Part shown: piece after piece, positions 31,121 to 47,465 of the stretch
Layout of the letters: the number at the start of each line of letters is the position of its first letter
How positions within the stretch are numbered: the stretch's first letter is position 1
Source of the DNA: Laetmonice hystrix
Taxonomy: Eukaryota
NCBI GenBank assembly: GCA_965235115.1
Contig: OZ249436.1
Span: 54,500,001-54,564,000 of the forward strand
DNA: 64,000 nucleotides
Direction of reading: 5' to 3'
Program-made: the position numbers and the translations under genes
Notes under the pieces: model-generated
Database searches by the model: none
What the model was told of the DNA's origin: nothing
What the model saw: the letters and a program-made list of their open reading frames with translations, nothing else

Positions 31121-32764
31121 CTTGACTTTGTTGGTGTGTATGTTTTATTGGGAGTGTCTATCGGTACAACAGTTCTGCCGATACAGAACTATGGCAGTGT
31201 CTAGATCGGCACGAGAGTCGTACCGATACGGAAATGTATAGCTCTGCACGACTGTGCAGATAGGAGTGTCTATAGGGTTAGGGTTAGTCCAGTCTGCACA
31301 GTCGCCAGTCCACACGACCGACGAGCGGATAGCCTCGCCAGTCCGCACGACGGTCCTGCTACGACCGTCGTGCGGATAGCCTCAGCCGTCTCAATTAGCT
31401 CTGACTGAGTATTCATTTGCAGGCAAGGTTCGAAGTTAATAATAAAGTTTCCCCGAGTCAAAAGTCCTGCAGTGGGCCCGTTACCAAAGGCAGAAAGCAA
31501 ATCCTAAAATCTAGAATTTGATGACCAGTCCTTTTTCAACCCCACACTAAAGTAAAATCTAGAATTTGATGACAAGTACTTTTTCAACCCCACACTGTTA
31601 AACTAAACAACTGAAATAAAAATCGACCTGTCAGAAAATTGACTTATGATTTGTGTCTCAGGTCATTTTCAGCGAAAAATCGGAAATCTACGACATTTTC
31701 ACTAAGAAATTGCCGCAATAGTCTAGAGGAGACCGCTCACAATGTGTACGCACTAACTGACTAAGTGGCAAGGCGAATCGCCTTCCCAGTGACGGCTGGG
31801 TGCCCAAGACAAGTCGACCACAGCATAGTCCACACTCATGCCAGGGGCAAAAACCGGGGGAAAGACGTCTTTTCCAATGGAGGAAGGTGAAAAAAACATC
31901 CGATACGACACTGAACTACCATCGTTATCAGAGGCCCCCTCCTTAACACGTCAATTTTCCCGACCAGTTTTAGTATTTTACTTGTCTAGACCTCGCCACG
32001 AAGTTAGGCGACGAGTGTGCGATGAAAAGTCTGCGCGTTTTCACTCGCCGCCCTGCCTGTTCCTTGTCTACCCTCGCCCTCGCCATGAAATCTAAGCCAC
32101 ATTATTATATTATACTGCCTCCATAACAATGAAAGATATCGGCAAATATTTCAAATGGGTAGCTCAGGGTCCATCCAGATGTAAGCGATACCGTGTTCAA
32201 TTCGCTTACCGTCAAGTACAGCCAAAACTTGCTTCGCTTTGCCCTGCCCAGCCGCACCATAGAGCAGTCTTTTTCCCATACGACTTCGCGTCACCAGTTC
32301 AACGAGGTCACCAAGCCGCACTCGCGAGTTCCAAAACTTTCCATGGTGAATGCATACGGATATTTTTCAGTATAAAAGCTCAGAATATAGACAAACAAAA
32401 CACTTTTTATTGTTTGGAGAAAATAAAACACCGTTTCAACCCCCAATCGGCTCGCATGGAATTAAAATTTATCAACATTTTGGCCTAAATGTGGTCGAGA
32501 CAGGACCCATATTGGTTTCTCTGCATGTGACCCGATTCTAGGATTTTTCATTGGTCGAAAAGTAGTCTACCCAGCATTCCCATTCCCTACATGAGAGCCC
32601 TCATGCGACAAAATAACGAATCACAGAATATGTTCGCCACACAGAGTCGAAACCAACCTCATGACCGGAAGTTACGATCGTTCAAGAAAAAGAACTGGTC
32701 AAAATAAGTTAAATAAGGCCATAATTAAGCAACGCTGGCGTCATAGAATTAGATATTCGCATCA

Positions 32765-35700
32765 ATGAAAAGATCCAGCGATGCAGAGATTAATAGGCCA
32801 CGAAAATTATGTCGGACAACGGAGTTTTCGACGTTCCAATTATATCCTACGTCCAAATACTTGGGAAGTTTCCCGTTCTTTCGACAACCGAAGGAAATAG
32901 GCAGTTTTAGTCAAGATGCTAAACGAAAGTTTAGGCACAACAAACAACAGCTAAGATATTTAAGATTACCTCAAAATTTAGATCATGTAGCCTATAACTT
33001 GCGAGCTGGCTACGATAAAGCTATTCTGCGAGATGACACTGTAAAAGAATACCTAGATGACCTGCTCAGATGGGTCTTACAGAATCAGGAACAGTTTGTT
33101 GTTACGGCGCCAGGGGCAGGGGGCGCCACAAGACTTTGCAATGATGCAGATGACACTGCCACTGGGCAGTCCGAATCAAGCAGAAAACCCAACAAAAGGT
33201 ACCAGAGACTCCAGAGCCAGCGTTAGCTTGTCAGAAAAATACCAGCAAGCTTCTGTGAATCTTCTATTATTACAATATTAGTCAAGTGGATAGAATCTAT
33301 ATATTGGCATTATGATATTGATAGTCATCATAGTGCAGGCGCTGCCATGAGAGTTACAGTCAAAACGTCCACGAGTCAGAACGTCCACGGTGCCAATGAG
33401 TCAGAACGTCCATGCAACATGGTCAGAACGTCCATACCACTTTGCAACTCACACCGACATTTCCTTTCTGCCAATGTCATTGAATGTGCCTTTTTGGGGG
33501 TCCTGGCCTGAAACCCCTGGCCTAGGCTAGATGATAGTCGTAACTATTACCGTACTCTATTATTAAAGTTTACCCCATTGCCGACTGATGGGTCTGACAT
33601 GGCCACTAGCTGTCTGGGGTGCTGAAGGGAAGGGAGAGAAGCAACGCTCGGTTTCGTGAGAAAGACCTAGATCTACCGCCTTTGACTGCTACAAAGTACA
33701 AGTCTGGATGGACTCTATACCGGGCCTATACTATAACCTTTATATAGTTCCTAAACTTCTTTTGAAACCAAAACCAATGTACGCGCTTGGACTGTGGTTG
33801 TGAGCCAAAAGCATGTACGTTGTGACCCGAAAGCGTGTACGTTGTGACCATTTTTGGACATTGTGGCTCATGGACGTTGTGACTCGTGGACGTTCTGACC
33901 GGGACCCCTGCCATGATAACCTTTTGAGTTTTGTTGATTTTGTACCCGAACTTCTAAGTGCATACCCTAACTTTACGCACTTAGATCTGTGCACTTTGCA
34001 CTTGTTGACGGGTGGATATCTTCACTTTGTCACATGAATTCTTTGGTCGTTTTTTCGACCGACAATCTCTGAACTGTCCAGAAACAAGATTAAATCAGCT
34101 GCTCTCGAATTTAGTCATCTCGCCCCAGTGCCATCAAATCGGTCATCACAAGCTCTCTCACCATAGCCATCGGCATAGGAAAGCATTGTATTTGTAACGT
34201 CACAATGCATTGAGTTTGAGGGCATTCATAAGTTCTGACACTGCCCAACCCACGACCTAAAAACAAGGTCAATCAGATATAAACATTGGCATTGCGTAAT
34301 TGTTAGGTTTTAGCAGCAAATTAAAGCTAACGATATTGTAGTTTATTCTATTATTTTCAACAAATTATAACCACTATTCTTGTGCAGCAAAACAAGGCTG
34401 AGAGGCTTAGCTGCACGAAGTTAGGGGCCTACATGGTAGTCAAAATTGATCCTCAATTATAACACTTTTCTCTCCAAAATTAAAAATAGAGTCTAAGGTG
34501 TTTTAATTTGGTGGGATAAGTCTAGCCTTTATTTCTTTTGGCTAGTTTGGCAATAGTATTTAGGATTAGAAAGTTACCATAGTTATAATTTAATGAATTT
34601 TGTTTGAGTTAATATAGACTGCCATACATGTATACAACTTATGCCAGTAATAATTATTGTCAGTACCTAGGTTGGAGTTCATATTTTGTTATCATCATTG
34701 ACATTGGTAGTTGGAAATGGGTTGTTTCTGGTGCCCATGCAGATAAATGACATGCCTCTACTTTCTTACAGGTTATACACAGATTTCATCTCTTGGCGGG
34801 GCCTGCTGACAAAGCTGCTCTGTACACCATATGAGAACAGAGATGGGTGGCAGATATCCGTTTCCCTGTATTGTGGCACATGGTACATGTGTGAATTTGA
34901 GACGGACCAGAGAAAGGAGGAGAATGCAAAACAGACAGGTCGAGAGAAGGAGATGAGTTATTGGGGCTACAAGTTTGAACAGTACCTAACATCTGGTATG
35001 ATGCAGTCTTTGATTTACAAATTGTGATTTACTTTTAATGATATTGAAATAATACCATTCTTTGCAAATATATTCAGCAGTGATATATTGTAAGGTAGGC
35101 CTACTGAAGGAGATTATTGCATCCCTTTCATTCTGCAGATTCAGCCAATGGAAAACCAGACACATGCCAGCCAGTAAACAATAATGAAGCATTTGCATCT
35201 GTTGTCAGGTCACGCTTGAAAAAGCATTCTTTAGGTAAGTCACCTCCTGATATTGCAAGTTTTCCTGAAATGCACAGTTCAACTGCTACAATAAATAAAG
35301 ATATTCTGTGACACATTCTGAAAGAGTACTCTCTTGCTCCTCTTCCTGCTGCATACATGATCTTTTGGGTAAAATCTAGTAGGATAATTCTGTATGAAAC
35401 CAGAACAAAACAAGTGTTGCCTGAAAGATAGTGAATGTGATTTCAGTGTTTGGTGGTGAGGTTGACTGCTGTGAGGAAAATGGATCGAGTGTTCATTATG
35501 TCGAGCTGAAGACAAACCGAGAACTGTACCAACAGAACAACGAGCGTAACTTCAAACGGTTGGTGGAAAGAACACTTAGTGAGCAGTCTTCAAATTGAAG
35601 GCTATTTGTGAATCCTAGCTTTTCACACAATGAAGAAGTAGATGGACAGAATCATAATTTGAAATCCTTAATTTTGCAGCCTGACAAGTAATAAAATTTT

Positions 35701-38700
35701 ATAGTTTGATCTTCTGATGTATTCGTTCTCGAAAAGTTGAAAATCAATTTAAAATATTCATCCGCTAGGCATCTCGTTCCTATTGCCCGTTCACGAAGGA
35801 CCCTGCTCATCCTGTTACATGCTTTTATTGACAGATAGGAAGTCATACATAAACTTTGGAGCCATTTTCCATGACCTTGCATGACCTTGAAATGTCAGTC
35901 CGTCAATTACCTTGATTCATATCAATCTTTGTGATGACAGACGGCATATGAGGGGCAGGCAGCATGCCAATCTATTTTGTGTTCAGGGCCTAGAAATAAG
36001 AATTCCTACTTATTAATTAAGTTAAGTGATTGACATGCCAAAGCTGCCCAAAGCATTAGTTTGAAGTTTGAATTCTTTTTAGTTTTAGGTCCTTTATAAT
36101 TTTAGAAAAGAAAAACCAATTTAGTCTTTGCATTATTTTTTGTTTGAATTTTTTACATGACAGATCCTGAAACGATCAACATTCTTGCATTGACACTAGT
36201 ACATTTTGTAATCTAACAATGAATCAATGCTGTGATTGCTTCTAGGTTTAAACTGATCAAATGGTGGGCTCAGTCTTTCCTTTTGGGGCTCCCAAAGATT
36301 ATTGCTGGTTTCCGAGATGATGAGGGAACTGTTCGTCGCTTGCAAGTTTTTAAGACTCTTGAAATTCCAAAAATGATTCGGGTAAGTATGAGGAACGGCA
36401 AGTGTAGTATAAAACATTTGGATTTTGTCAGAGGGAAGCAGAACGGTTTAGTAGTACATTGTGTATTGTAAGATATGTAAAAAATGATCAGGAAAAGAGG
36501 ATGTGGAAGAGACATCAAAACCCAAATCTAGCACTTTGGAGATAAATAATCCCATTTCAACCACGCTGGTATACCATACTGACAACATGGCCGCTATCTA
36601 TAATTCGGATCAAATTTGCATCACCTGTGTGAGCATACGTCTCATATTACATCTCCATTTCATGAAAAGCACCCTTTCAATGCCTACTTTTACATTACCA
36701 TCTGGATTCATATGATTGAAAGGTGCATTTAATTGTGAAATCTGCAACAAGATGGGCTATAATGGGTATCACCCTATGCATGGTCCACTCTAATTGATAC
36801 CAATGCTACCAAATTTGCGGGATTCCCACAATCACGTGCTCTAGAAGCAGCACTGTACATGTATCTATCAGGACTGGAGCAACTTTAATATTTCCTCAGA
36901 ATTCATGCTAAATGGTACCTAAATATGTGTCAGACAACCCTACCTTTCTGACATGGTTGTCTGCTGAACAACCTCTAACTAGTGGCCACCACAGCCCCTG
37001 TCCACCAACCTCAGGTAAGTTGGTGGCCGTGGCCTCACCCACAGGGGCTTGGCAGTCAGCCAACCTCACTGGAGCATGCTCGAGTGGACCAGTGGGTGGG
37101 GGTTAACTGATGGCCAGCCTCTGCATTGTAATCTGGCTGGGTATGGAACAACCTGAAATCCGTTTAATATATGAAATGACTTGTTTATGAAATGATTGTC
37201 ATTCCTTTATATTATGGTATGATTCGTTATGATTTTATGTTATCCGGTGGACGATCCCCTCCCCCCTAAAATCCTTAAATTGCAGTGTTAAATTGAATGT
37301 CGTTTCACTGTTATTACACTAGGTCTTTTAGTTGTGTACCTCTGAGATTTCAAATATTTTTCAACTGCCACTCCCTATTAATTCCCATATGATCACGTCT
37401 GAATTCCAACAGGATATTCGCGATCCCTGGGATCCAAATGTGTGTTTCAACTTTCTGGACGCTTTCCTTCAGTTCGTGAAGGACACTGTAAGGACGGATG
37501 ACCCCAGGTAACTAAATAACAATTAAAGGTGCTATTCGTGAACAAAAATTCAATTTTTTTATTTTTAATTTTGTTGACGTTTATGTGATCCCACCTATCA
37601 TGGAAATAGATTCACAACAAAGGAAATCAAAATTTTTCATGGATAACGGCACAAATGGGGCTCTCTCTGAAGGCCTGTGGAGACCCTGACACGCCCCACC
37701 ATAGGAAATGGCTCTATCTCGGTGCGCACCGAGATAGGTTTCAAATGCTGCACACAAACTAATAGAAGGTTTATGAGGCCAATGGTATCGGTAGGAATTT
37801 TTTCTAGTACTATGTGCACAATGTATGATAGGAGAAATGCCATTCTGTGCGAGACGAATAGCACCTTTAACGCTATGAGCCCTTGCCCTATTACTTGTGT
37901 GGGTAAGTCTAGAGAGTCAGTTTCAAAACGTCCAGGGAATGGGAAAGTTCAAGGGCACATGAGGTCTATCCATCAAACAGCCTAATTGTTCCCCCAGGTT
38001 GCCTGTATTTAAATTTTATCACTTTTCCAGACCAAAACTCCAAACTTTGATGACCAATTCCGGTAAAATAAAATTAATAAAATACACTAAATTCCCAGAA
38101 TTGTCCCCTAGTACGTCGTGGAACTTTACAATTTAGACCTAACAGAAAAAAAAGTGGTTCGAGAGCAATCTCAAATTCCATGACTTTCCCTCATTTTTCT
38201 ATTTTCCATGACTTTTCCAGGCCTAGAAAACCAAATTTCATTTTCCGTGACTTTTCATGACCGTGGGAACCTTGTATATTAACATATAAACACGTAACTA
38301 GATTCTGCTCCTTCACTGGGGAGTATGGAATGAGATGCCTGGCACATGAATACAGCACAACACCTAAATTTAGAAGCTCCCTTTCTCAGATTTGCAGCTA
38401 CTGTCATTAAAAAAGCATCCCAGCACATTCATAAATATGCAGGCTACAATCGAGACAGTTGTTTTGGGGGGTTGGTGGGTAAATATAATTCATGTACTTC
38501 TTTAATGTGCAAAATAACCGGACGCTGTACTCAAAGGCATACTTCATTATGGATGATGTAATAACTTTTAGAATTCTACCCAATAAATCCTTCCGGGAGA
38601 TAACTGGGGAACAACATGGGCACATAGCTACTTGTTTCAATGGTACACAAACATAAACACTCCGATACCAAAACAGTACCTATACATAATTAAATTAAAG

Positions 38701-38849
38701 CAATTTTTAACAAATTTATTTTCAGTGTTGCTTATGTATTCCGCTGGAACCCCAAGAAGGAAATATCAGTCGAAGAATGTCCAGTTGGGTCCAAGTTTGC
38801 TTTCCTACCACAGTGGTACACAGACAGCAGCCAACGGGAGGAATGTTAA
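32765..38849 (+). CDS. DXO: Decapping and exoribonuclease protein (DXO/Dom3Z/Rai1 family), 7 exons, 406 aa
   Basis: Exons 32765-33198, 34772-34995, 35139-35234, 35447-35558, 36246-36381, 37413-37507, 38726-38849; motifs FRQPKEIGSFS, WRGLLTKLLCTPYE, YWGYKFEQY, GEVDC, YVELKT, KWWAQSFLLG, FLPQWY; AATAAA just after the stop. Confidence 0.95.
33351..33907. mobile_element. MULE-like non-autonomous element in DXO intron 1
   Basis: 9-bp TSD CTGCCATGA; imperfect TIRs GAGTTACAGTCAAAACGTCCACGAGTCA / TGACTCGTGGACGTTCTGACCGGGACCC; subterminal gtcagaacgtcca repeats. Confidence 0.82.
37987..38274 (-). mobile_element. hAT-like MITE, reverse copy of 46268-46524
   Basis: Shares ttccatgacttttccaggcctagaaaacc...catgaccgtgggaacc with the 46.3-kb element in the opposite orientation. 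Confidence 0.7.
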
Positions 38850-39680
38850 TGTAAAACTTTTATGTCAATAAAAACAAAATATCAGCCCAGGTGAATGATC
38901 TCGTCCTCAGTGGTATGCTAACAAAACAGCAACTGCTATAGTTGGCTTTGTGGTTTGATTACATAACATATATAACTAAAGTGTTTTCAAGTCTACACCA
39001 TACACATAACAGTACATTCTGCCCATATCAATATACCAAATAGAGGGCCACATCCAAAAAGTAAGTCAGTGCGCGAGTGTAGTGACCCCTGGTGGTGAGT
39101 GGGGGAACTATCCTATTGTCTGGCTCTGTGGGCTGGCAGGGTAGGGTCTGGATAGGTGGCTGCACTCCCCCCCCCCCCCAACTTTGAGGTGGAACTCTCG
39201 GGGGGAAAATATGCGGCGATCTATTAGGGTATGGAAAACATTTCCTGAATCTTAATAACTAATGTTGTTGGATGATATCAAACCCAATTGCCACATCCAA
39301 TGGTGACTGGTCACAAGTAACCAATTTGTTGGGAGGGAGATGGCTATGAAATTCCCCCCCCCCCCCCCCCAATGATTTAAAGAAAAGTGTTGGCAACCCA
39401 GTCACTATATGAGCACACCAATATCGAGGTTGTAACAAAACTCAACAGACCTGCTGAACTGGAGTTTAAAAACAGTTTTTTGTATCATAATAAAATGCAA
39501 AATATCTATAAATAATTCTTTTTTAAAATAATCTTTTTTAAACTATTAAAAATACCAAATGGACTTCCTGGGCCCTTCTTTGGGGATCTTCTGAAGTCTA
39601 AAAGCAATACTCTTAAGAATGTTCATAGCTCATGGTCATACATGCTGGCAATGAATAAAAAAAAGAAAGGTATGTTTATC

Positions 39681-40858
39681 CTAAGATTTACTACTTTGCT
39701 TTGCTGGGTCAAATTGTGCCCACAGTTTTCTGAATTCATGTATAAAAGGCTGGACAAGGTGTGAATCTGTTGTAATAAGAACATTTTCATTGTTGCCAGT
39801 GATTGCTTGTCTTGTCCAGTTAAATGACCCATTAATGAGACATTGTCCATCAATTATAGCAAACTTATGGTGCATAAAGTAGGAGGTCCGGTCATGACGT
39901 ACTTGGATACCTGAAAAAATAAAAATTCTATCAAATAACAAAGCAAGCAAATTAATGTACATTTTGTTCTTTCATTCCAAGTCTCACAAACTACATGTAG
40001 TGAAAAATGGAGTGCTAGTATTAATTGAGTATGGTGCACATGTATAGGCCAACCTTAACCAAATAATTTTCCTCACTGGCAGGGGCGCATTCCGGGGGGG
40101 CATGGGGGCACACACCCCACTTTTCATTGAAAGAAAAAAAAGAGAGACCCTGTGCAGCGCACCTGCAGTGATATTATACTGATAACGCTGCTAGTTCACC
40201 ACTCAGACCCCACGCCCCCCCCCCCCTTTCCAAAATCCTGAATCCGCCCAACTAGTCTAGGATAAACTAATCTATATGACGTGGTCAGTGCACATAATAC
40301 ATAAAAGGTACCGTACCACTACCGGGGAACATAGGTACTCGGGGATATAGGGGGACCCCAGCTTGGGGCCGGGGATGTGTCTAGTGTCTATTACTATAGG
40401 AGCGTATAATATATAGGCTAGTTACCCTCGCTCCTGAAGCGGCCGACCTGGGAGCCGATTGCATCCACCTGGTCGCTGTCCGTGATGACCCGGACGCTGA
40501 CCCCGCGCTGGTATAGTGTCTTCACAGCATCCGCCAACTCCGGCGACGTGAAGCAGAAGATGCAGATGTCGAGCGTCTGCCTTGTGCTGTACAGCCGCCG
40601 CATCAGCCGCGTGAACGACGTCTCGTCGTGAGAAAACTTACACGCCGAATTGTGACAGCCCTGCCTCTCCGTGTACTCTGCCTTGCATGCGGGCTTCTCG
40701 TCCGGAAAGAAAAGAATTTCATGTTTGACCGTCCTCTGTCGTTTGCGTGTAACTGTAAACCAACGCACAGCATAGAAACATACTTCTATCGTTAAACCGC
40801 CAAGTAAGGCGATGCCGGCAACCTTAGTGAGAAATTCTCCGCTTGTATAACCAGCCAT
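39681..40858 (-). CDS. PLD6: Mitochondrial cardiolipin hydrolase / zucchini nuclease (PLD6), 2 exons, 220 aa
   Basis: Exons 40858-40426 and 39910-39681; N-terminal TM segment, CCCH motif (C..C..C.FSH), LDICIF, GVSVRVITD, single HKD motif MHHKFAIID-GSFNWT-NNEN. Confidence 0.95.
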
Positions 40859-41015
40859 GATTCTGTTGTTTGATTCGCTTTCCACACGTCGTCAGTAGGC
40901 CTTCGGTACCCTCACGTGTGTTCTGTTTTGGTCGTCGAGGAAGCGTGCACCATGGGCGCAGACATCTTGTTACGTCATCCGCACCTGCGCACAACTATCG
41001 GTGACGTTGTCACAA
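40859..41015. promoter_or_regulatory. Candidate bidirectional promoter PLD6/TVP23
   Basis: 157 bp between divergent start codons; CpG-rich with TTACGTCA, GTGACGT, CACGTG and TGCGCA motifs. Confidence 0.65.
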
Positions 41016-45132
<4,117 letters not shown>

Positions 45133-46267
45133 TGAAGGCTTATACCGCCAGATGGCCCTAGTGTGCACTTCATGAACCAGAAATAAGTCCATCGTGATTT
45201 GCGATGAAAATACCTGCCAGGTGTCGAGGCCAAGGCAGTGAAAGTCAAACATTGACAGATGACACATGTGTACATAGTGATAATAACAATGAAGCTGATG
45301 AGTTGTTGCTTGCAGCAGCCTGGTGGTTGATATATATTCAGATATATAAATATCTTGTTGAAGGGTACTTGTTGACGTTTACAGGTGTTTAAAAATGTTG
45401 CCAATATGTGAGCCTCACAGACGGATAACTAAATGAACTGCCTTACCTCCGGACAATACTTTGGTATCCCTCCTGTCTGAGGTCCAAAGGGAGGTTTGTA
45501 TTAGAAAAATATTTTCTGACCATTTAACAAAGTTGATATTTACATAAGGAAATTGTGGAGGGAGGCATTTTACGCTACCGCTGGATAGAAACCCTCTGTG
45601 CTCCCTTTCACAATAAATTGTCAGTGACAGGAAATAAATGAATGCTTCGCCGAGTCTGAGTGTCAAAAACCTGGTTATCTGTCCGAAGCACTCCAACATG
45701 CCGTCAATATAAACACTTTTATCACAATGCCATCGGATTAACCAAACTTTCCTCAAACGGTTTTCTGATGTTTAAAACAGGGAATGTACGCCGCTAGATC
45801 GAACATGTGTTGCTGCTTATAATGTCGTTTGGCCACGTTAATTTTGTGGCTGGCGAGATATACATGTATGTCGAGAGTTAATTTGCATTTAATGCATTTA
45901 AGTGGGGGGGCATGATCCACTCTGGCCTTGAGTGTATTTGACAGACAATGCAAACCTAAGTCCCAACACCTACGGTAATAACAGGATCGTAAAAATATTT
46001 GAGGATAAGTAAACTATTTATAAATCCTGTGTAAATAGTGTGGATAGAAGAGTCCCGTAATTTTGTCGTGCTCACGCCCTTACTTGGTTACAGAGAGGGA
46101 AACCTTTCGGGGCAACGGTACGGTATGTACGCGTCTAGGTCAGATTTAGTTATTTTCAATGTGGTATCTTTTTGTCTGTCTGAGCAAGCCTTAGAGGTGT
46201 TCGGTAATCAGGAGGCTCCTATCTATTGGTGTGTGGTATAATGAAACCAAATTCTGATTTCTTGCAA

Positions 46268-46524
46268 CAGGGTTCCCACGGTCATGAAAAGTCATGGAAA
46301 ATGAAAGTTGGTTTTCTAGGCTTGGAAAAGTCATGGAAAAAAATTCAATGAGGGAAAGTTTTTTGTTTCCGTTAGGCCTAAATTGTAAAGTTCCATGACG
46401 TACCAGGGGACAGTTCTGGGATTTTAGTTTATTTGATTAATTTTATCCGGAATTGGTCACGAAATTTCGGAGTTTTGGTCTAAAAGTCATGAAATTTCAA
46501 TATAGCCAACCTGTGTGAACCCTG
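46268..46524 (+). mobile_element. hAT-like MITE with apparent 5-bp TSD
   Basis: TGCAA|CAGGGTTC ... GAACCCTG|TGCAA. Confidence 0.75.
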
Positions 46525-46986
46525 TGCAAGTTGGGGACTAAAGATGGAGGAGTTATATGTTGGAGTATTTGTAGGTATGGGAAACAGTGAAACTGTTGAT
46601 GCCATGACCTGTTTGTATATATTGGTCAATGGATGGAAAGTTGGTTAGAATTGTCACTGTTAAATAAAGCAACATAAATTATTATAAAATTCCTGTGTTA
46701 TCTTAGTTGATATGGTTGTTTCAAAACCGCTTATGTAACGATTCAGGGCAAATTGTTTTTTTATTGGGTAAGGTTGTCCCATTGACGACCACTAATAAAC
46801 GTTGCAGTTTAGTTGTCCGTTGTCCGATTGACGACCAAATGATGTGGTACAGTTGCTCGTTGTCCCATTGACGACCACTGTAACAAACATACCCGTCAGG
46901 GAAACGATAGAGTGAACTGATCGCTTTAAGCCGTTCGGCCTTAAACCAATACAATCCCCCCAAGGTTTTAAGTGATTTAACATTAT

Positions 46987-47305
46987 AAACCTGCCAACAT
47001 TTGGTCGACGGAATCCGGAATCATCCCAAATTGACTTGATATTCTCTCTAAATAACTTATATGGGCCCCCTTTCTTTTATCCGTCTCTCTCTCTTCCTCT
47101 CCATTGCTGACAGAAAGCACGACTCTGATTTACTAAACTTAGTTTAGAGATCTAGTTATATGGCAGGAACCATAAACGATCTTTTTGCCAGTGAAACTCG
47201 AGAGATTTAACATGTAACATGCTTATTCTGTAAATGTTATGGTTCCGTAATATTTAGAGAGTAATTCGGAATACATCATTCAAATGCGGAAGGGTTGGCA
47301 GGTAT
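46987..47305. mobile_element. hAT-like MITE
   Basis: Inverted ends ACCTGCCAAC / GTTGGCAGGT. Confidence 0.55.
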
Positions 47306-47465
47306 GTATAATGGGTGAGGTAAAGCCCATCGTTGATGTTTCGCCTGTGTTTTATTGTTAGGAATACTTCCATTAGACCCATGTTATGGGGTTCCCATTG
47401 CTTTGCCTCACTCCCTCCAAAACGAAAACAATGTAGTTCGTGATAATGTTTTATTACAAAATATT

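Noticed and set aside
31263..31390. Telomere-like agggttagggttag with short repeats
   Set aside because: Only about two units; more likely a transposon fragment whose ends I could not define.
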